Shown here one piece after another: positions 57,682 to 64,000 of a stretch of 64,000 nucleotides of DNA. The stretch is from Phyllobates terribilis (lineage: Eukaryota), in NCBI RefSeq assembly GCF_046119375.1, contig NW_027362764.1, positions 747,534,001 through 747,598,000 on the forward strand, in the 5' to 3' direction. The position numbers and the translations under genes were made by a program. The notes under the pieces are model-generated. The model searched no databases. It was not told where the DNA came from and saw nothing but the letters and a program-made list of their open reading frames with translations. Positions within the stretch are counted from its first letter, which is position 1, and each line of letters begins with the position of its first letter.

Positions 57682-60600
57682 AAGGGGGGGTACTGTTAGA
57701 ACCTCGCTCTTAGGTTTTTTCCTTTGCTGGTCACATGACCTTGTTGGCCTATTTAATCCTGCTCCGCCCTTCTGGCTTTGCTGGACTTCATTGTATAACT
57801 ACTTTCTAGCTAGCCTGTGCTCTGTATCTAACTCTGTTAGTTTGCTTGGTCTACGGACCTCTATGTTCTATATATTTTGTTTGTTCGTCTGTCTGCTACT
57901 ATTTCTGTTAGGAGGTGTCCCATTTTCCTCCCAGTCCTTAGTACTTGTAGGGATTCCTTCCCCACATCTATAGGTCTCCGTACAGACTAGTTTAGGACTT
58001 TAGCAGGTCTGATCGCAGGATCAGGTTCCCTGTTACATCGTAGGGATTCAGCTGAGTTCTATCGTAGGGACAGATCTCCTCTCTTTCCTTAGCTCTGGTA
58101 GCAGAACATAACACGAGCACCAGGTAGACAGCACACTGTTCGATGATACCTGTCTTTGTGACAGATTGCCCTATCTGTTCCCCTAATAATTGAGTCCCCC
58201 ACTACCAGCACCTGCCTAGCCTGCCCTACTCTCCTATTTCCCTCTTTACTGGAGCTGACACTCCTCCGGCTTTCAGGGGACATGCCTTGCTGCAGCAGTG
58301 CTACCCCTGTACCGTCACTCCCCTCATCTGCCAACTTTGCAAACTTATTGGGGTGCGCCAGATCAGGACTAGCCTCCCTGGCACTCTTCCCTCTAACCCC
58401 CCTTCTAACTGTCACCCAACTAATGGCCTCACTGTCCTGCAGCTCCCGACTACCACCCTCCCCCACATCTACCCCAGTGAGCTGCTGCTCAGTGAGCAGC
58501 AGACTCCTTTCCATGTTGTCAATGGATCTCAGTGTTGAAATTAATGAAATACAGACAGCAATTCAGTCCAAAGTCCTCCCTTCCAAACTCCCTGAATCCA
58601 AGTCACTGAAAAACAAGTCACACACTTACTTTCGTTCGCACTTACACTCCGGTCACACTCAGCTCACTCACACTCGCAGATTAAGAGATTTAAAGAGTTT
58701 TGTTTTTTGTTTTTTTTTCCCTTTTCCAGCAATGCACCCTTCATCTCAATGCACTTCCAATGTCAAGACATTGCCAAGAAGTAGACTGAAATGACACCCA
58801 GCAGTATTGAAATGGGTGCAACAGGGACTTGGTGGAGTGAACAATAATTTTTTGACTCATTCTGAACTATTGATAAAAAATGTTTCCTTGCCTGCCAACC
58901 CCAAAGCACACATAGGGGAAAAGGAAAGTTCTAATAATCTATTCATTTCCAGAACCCACTTGTTGATGGTGATGATCAGGTCAGATTGGGGTCTGGCTAC
59001 CCACATGATCACCATAGGGCCCCACAACCAGTTGATATATACGTGGCAAATGTGTAACCAAAAATTGGTTCCTAGTTGGTCCTCTATATTTGGTAGTGTA
59101 GTGGTGCATTGTAAAGTTTTTTTCCATATGGCTTCATATTTCTGGTCCTGGGGTCCACGGCTGAATTCTCCTACAGTCCTTCTATACTCTGTGCTGCGCA
59201 TATATTTTTTGTCAGTATGACATATGGCACAGTAAATGTCTTCACAGTCAAAATAAAAATCCAGACGTGACATTACTTGCTGTGAGTCAAGTTGCTCATC
59301 CAGAGACTAAGTGGTCCTTCAAGACGTGTACAGTTCTGGACAATTGGCTTCCATCATTAACCACATGCAGAGTAACGCTCTGTGCAAAGATTACAATCCT
59401 CGAGAGGCCACGTGTCAAGATATCCATCTCCACAATGTTTTACTGTAAAAATAGTCTGTGTAGGATATAAATTCAGCACATAACTTGTTAGAAAGAGCTC
59501 GGGTATAGGGGCATGGGACCCTCTGCTACATGAGAGGCCACCGATATTGCAAATGGCACGTGGGGGTTGCTACAGATTTTGTATTGTGGCCCAGAAGCCT
59601 ATGGATCCCTCCCCAGTGACACAATCAGGACCGTAATGGCAGTACTACTGTTAGAGTGCTAAGAAAATAAGAGGCGAAATACACACATTAGGTTAAACCA
59701 AACTTGGACTGGCCGATCGGAGAACAGGAGAATTCTCCGGTGGGCCGCCTGCATCAGTGGCTCCTGACAGCGTGCATTGTTAGCGCTGTGAGTATTCACA
59801 ATTCTGCAGTCACATAGAGTGACTGAAGACTTGATAAGATCACCGACAGCTGCTTCACCCAGGAGAGAAAAAGGAGATCTGGCTGCACCCATGTGCTGTT
59901 CTATTCTGTTCTATAGGATTTACAATCAGTGCAGTAAGCATAGAGCTCGTAAATCAAGGTATGATGTCTCCCTTAAGAGCTATATGTCGCAATTTTTTAT
60001 TTTTTTTATTTAAATTTTGTCTACAATCCAACATAAAAATCCACTCTATATCTCCACGTGAAATCAGTGGCTCATCCACTTATATTACGCCATATTATTA
60101 CAGCTCCATACAAATTGAAGGTCAGAACCATAATACCGCCATATGCTTAAAAGCCCTAAGGAGATATGTAATGCTGATTGTATAAGTTACTATAATTACT
60201 TTAACAAAAACAACAACAAAAAAATCATCGCTCTCCCACACACAATAATATCTATGGTCACTGGAATAAAATACTATTTCCATAAAGCACATGTGCTGCC
60301 TGAAGACAAAAAATAAGAACTCAGCATGAAGAGACCCTCTGTATCCCGATAACAAGGTCTATTTGGACATTTTGTGTCTGTATTTATTACATGGAGGTTA
60401 AGAAAATAAGATCTTAGTCAGTCCTTGGAAATTTGGCCAACAAAGAGAGAATTTCCCCAAAGATCGCCTTTCTCAGAATTGGATGTTTTTCATCCCGTGG
60501 CTGTAAGTATCATTTTGTTTTTACCGTGGTTTCTAGGGCATGAAATAGTCTTAAATTTCCTCATTTTTTGTGCTTCGGTGATTTTATATATAAGGATTCC

Positions 60601-61993
60601 ACATCTAAATAACATGCCGCGGATTGTATTTATTTAACCCCTTCTGGCACTTGGACGTGCTGCCGGCAGTCTCCGTCAGACACAGGAGCTGTGCCTATGT
60701 GATCTCTGCTGGAGTAAGGCTGTGATTGACACCCTGGCTTCCAATTAATGGCTAAAATAAGAGCTAACTCCCATCCCGGCCGTTCAACCCCTCAGAAACT
60801 GCTGTCAATAGCTTTATCTAGTTTGTCAAGGAGGCGGTTAGTCTATTGCCACCTCCTTCTCCATTGGGGTAGCATAAATTTTTCCTCCTTAAAGGGATTT
60901 TCCTGGGGTGGGGGGGTAGTTTTTAAACTGACAGCAATAGTTAAAAAAATAATCTTTGTAATTTACTTGTATTAAAAATTCTCAATTATTTTATCAATTT
61001 CTGTCCTCTTAGCAGAGAACTAGAAAAGGAGGGCAAATCCTGAGTCATGAGTGTCATGTGACCATTCCTTACAAGTCTCCGCCCCTTAGCTGGCACCATT
61101 AGCTCTGTGGAGGCAGTCTTTCCCACATTATTCTTGTTCTGCCCCCTGTGTCATGTAATCATGTGATTCAGGTTTTTTTTGTAGTAGATTATTTCATATA
61201 TAAGTATAAAATTATTTGGCCACTTGATTATATTAAGGGAATTAATCAGTTAGATCAACTCTCCAATAGGCATACATGGGCATGCTGGTCTCTGAAATGT
61301 AAATCTATCAGCACGTTTATGTCTTCTCTCTGTTGCTGAATTCCCAAGTAATTAGCATTTTAATTCATTTGCAAAAGAGGGGTTAAGTGCTCTAGGCGTG
61401 GCAGAGCACTTAAGGAGTCAATGGCTCCGATGTTGTTTCCCCATTCAGCCCCAGCATCATTAGCTTGATTGATAGCTCACTTTCTGATTTACTTGCCTGG
61501 TGCCTGATGTCACATAGACAGCGAGCTGTCAATCAAACTAAAGAGGCTATTGCTGGGCGGAGAAACAACCTAGGGAGGCTGTGGATTGTTAAAGGGGCTG
61601 TCCAGGTATGGGATGAAAGTCTGCTCTCTATGTAACGGCAGTCTCGTGAATTCTCACAGCATGCTCAGTGCACTCTGTCAGGATTCTCCGGTGAAGGCGG
61701 TGAGAGCGGCCATTCACGTGACCACAAGTATGTGAGTTACATCCTTCTGGTCAACATTCCAACTAGACATATGTGGCCTTGCTCAATATAAGTGAATTGA
61801 GCGAGGATGCGCACAACTAGTTGGCACGTGACTGCATTTATGCAAATCGCATATGTGCAGTCACATAACTGCCGACTCTCGCCTACTGCACACATGCTGT
61901 GAAGATTTAGAAGTCTGCAGTTACATAAAGTGACTGCAGACTTTCATTCCAAACCTAAGTTGCATATGAATGAATTAACTAATTACTCATATA

Positions 61994-63620
61994 CAGTACA
62001 GACCAAAAGTTTGGACACACCTTCTCATTTAAAGATTTTTCTGTATTTTCATGACTATGAAAATCGTACATTCACACTGAAGGCATCAAAACTATGAATT
62101 AACACATGTGGAATTATATACTTAACAAAAAAGTGTGAAACAACTGAAAATATGTCTTATATTCTAGGTTCTTCAAAGTAGCCACCTTTTGCTTTGATGA
62201 CTGCTTTGCACACTCTTGGCATTCTTTTGATGAGCTTCAAGAGGTAGTCACCGGAAATGGTCTTCCAACAATCTTGAAGGAGTTCCCAGAGATGCTTAGC
62301 ACTTGTTGGCCCTTTTGCCTTCACTCTGCGGTCCAGCTCATCCCAAACCATCTCGATTGGGTTCAGGTCTGGTGACTGTGGAGGCCAGGTCATCTGGCGT
62401 AGCACCCCATCACTATCCATCTTGGTCAAATAGCCCTTACACAGCCTGGAGGTGTGTTTGGGGTCATTGTCCTGTTGAAAAATAAATGATGGTCCAACTA
62501 AACGCAAACCGGATGGAATAGCATGCCGCTGCAAGATGCTGTGGTAGCCATGCTGGTTCAGTATGCCTTCAATTTTGAATAAATCCCCAACAGTGTCACC
62601 AGCAAAGCGCCCCCACACCATCACACCTCCTCCTCCATGCTTCATGGTGGGAACCAGGCATGTAGAGTCCATCCGTTCACCTTTTCTGCGTCGCACAAAG
62701 ACATGGTGGTTGGAACCAAAGATCTCAAATTTGGACTCATCAGACCAAAGCACAGATTTCCACTGGTGTCCATTCCTTGTGTTATTTATCCCAAACAAGT
62801 CTCTTCTGCTTGTTGCCTGTCCTTAGCAGTGGTTTTCTAGCAGCTATTTTACCATGAAGGCCTGCTGCACAAAGTCTCCTCTTAAGAGTTGTTGAAGAGA
62901 TGTGTCTGCTGCTAGAACTCTGTGTGGCATTGACCTGGTCTCTAATCTGAGCTGCTGTTAACCTGCGATTTCTGAGGCTGGTGACTCGGATAAACTTATC
63001 CTCAGAAGCAGAGGTGACTCTTGGTCTTCCTTTCCTGGGGCAGTCCTCATGTGAGCCAGTTTCTTTGTAGTGCTTGATGGTTTTTGCAACTGCACTTGGG
63101 GACACTTTCAAAGTTTTCCCAATTTTTCGGACTGACTGACCTTCATTTCTTAAAGTAATGAAGGCCACTCGTTTTTATTTACTTAGCTGCTTTTTTCTTG
63201 CCATAATACAAATTCTAACAGTCTATTCAGTAGGACTATCAGCTGTGTATCCACCAGACTTCTGCACAACAAAACTCATGGTCCCAACCCCATTAATAAG
63301 GCAAGAAATCCCACTTATTAAACCTGACAGGGCACACCTGTGAAGTGAAAAAAACATTTCCGATGACTACCTCTTGAAGCTCATCAAGAGAATGCCAAGA
63401 GTGTGCAAAGCAGTCATCAAAGCAAAAGGTGGCTACTTTGAAGAACCTAGAATATAAGACATATTTTCAGTTGTTTCACACTTTTTTGTTAAGTATATAA
63501 TTCCACATGTGTTAATTCATAGTTTTGATGCCTTCAGTGTGAATGTACAATTTTCATAGTCATGAAAACACAGAAAAATCTTTAAATGAGAAGGTGTGTC
63601 TAAACTTTTGGTCTGTACTG
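61994..63620 (-). mobile_element. Tc1-family transposon, same family as 6858-8487
   Basis: TA|CAGTACAGACC...GTACTG|TA with long TIRs. Confidence 0.95.
62157..63204 (-). pseudogene. Tc1 transposase with an early nonsense codon and a frameshift near 62770
   Basis: KQLSK*KRV near the start; ORF pieces 62782-63168 and 62157-62798; the DD34E triad itself is intact. Confidence 0.88.
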
Positions 63621-64000
63621 TAGGTGTCAATAGATTTTAATTTCAAAGACCTGCATGCCCATATATGTGGTTTGTGTGGTTTATCTTACTGACAGATTCT
63701 CTTTAAAGCTACTTGCGGGGGTTGGAGAAAAAATAATGGATGAAACTCAATTGATGGAGTAGTATTTTATCTGTTGGTATCGTCTTATCTATGCCTCTAG
63801 CAATAGAACAGAACAGTCATTAAATAAGAAATGATAATTAAATGACTCTGCTTATTCTGTCCTAGTCTATACAGCAAATCCAACAAAAAAAAGATAACAG
63901 AAATTAAAAATCTGCTCAACCCCTTGAATTTTTGCACCCTTACAATGGTGGAATTTGTAGATATGATCGTCACATTCATATTTACGTCCAGAACATTCTA

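Larger units (their letters stand above)
53160..58113 (+). mobile_element. Ty3/Gypsy chromovirus (Tf1/sushi-like), full length
   Basis: 420-bp LTRs at 53160-53579 and 57694-58113 (2 differences noticed), TSD CGAGC, PPT AGAAGGGGGGG, gag-pol-chromodomain. Confidence 0.95.
52745..58514 (-). pseudogene. CR1 ORF1 (SGNH esterase domain), split by the chromovirus
   Basis: VVGDSII...CCLPGARV|RHIADRVD...VHIGTND...DRLHLN; frameshift near 52885. Confidence 0.85.
44602..58700 (-). mobile_element. Near-full-length CR1 LINE split by two LTR elements
   Basis: (ACATAGTA)n tail at 44602-44632, 3' stem-loop, ORF2 (APE endonuclease + RT) and ORF1 (SGNH esterase). The 5' boundary is approximate. Confidence 0.9.

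Noticed and set aside
6654-61960. Scattered TTAAAGGG / CCCTTTAA ends (e.g. ~6654, 9360, 13096, 16908, 44528, 61530) suggesting T2/Kolobok-type MITEs
   Set aside because: Probably real, but I could not pair termini confidently, so no coordinates are reported.

Overview
Vertebrate DNA, very probably from a frog (inferred from the V-SINE, the 35-bp ACAAGAATATAACTACTATAATACTG satellite and the Tc1/hAT/CR1/Penelope/chromovirus mix). The window is mostly nested transposable elements, and I found no host-gene exon I can support. The standout is a young ~5-kb LTR element (45820-50817; the 3' part of a second copy at 1-2017). It has near-identical 1259-bp LTRs, a perfect 18-nt tRNA-Ser primer-binding site, a polypurine tract and a 4-bp TSD, but no recognisable gag or pol. 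Instead it carries one ~600-aa ORF ending in a cold-shock domain (CSD), and the two copies show strong purifying selection on that domain. Four related solo LTRs (20205, 23831, 27721, 33322) share its hidden conserved motifs: a covarying terminal hairpin, GTRAGTAAA, and a second tRNA-Ser-complementary site in U5. Also present: a 10.8-kb hAT element carrying an 18S rRNA fragment and 110-bp repeats; a Penelope remnant with a hammerhead ribozyme; a self-priming-type chromovirus; a CR1 LINE hit three times (two LTR insertions and a Tc1 excision footprint); and six or more Tc1-family copies, two with intact DD34E transposases. All alignments and counts were done by eye, and family names rest on recalled motifs rather than database searches.
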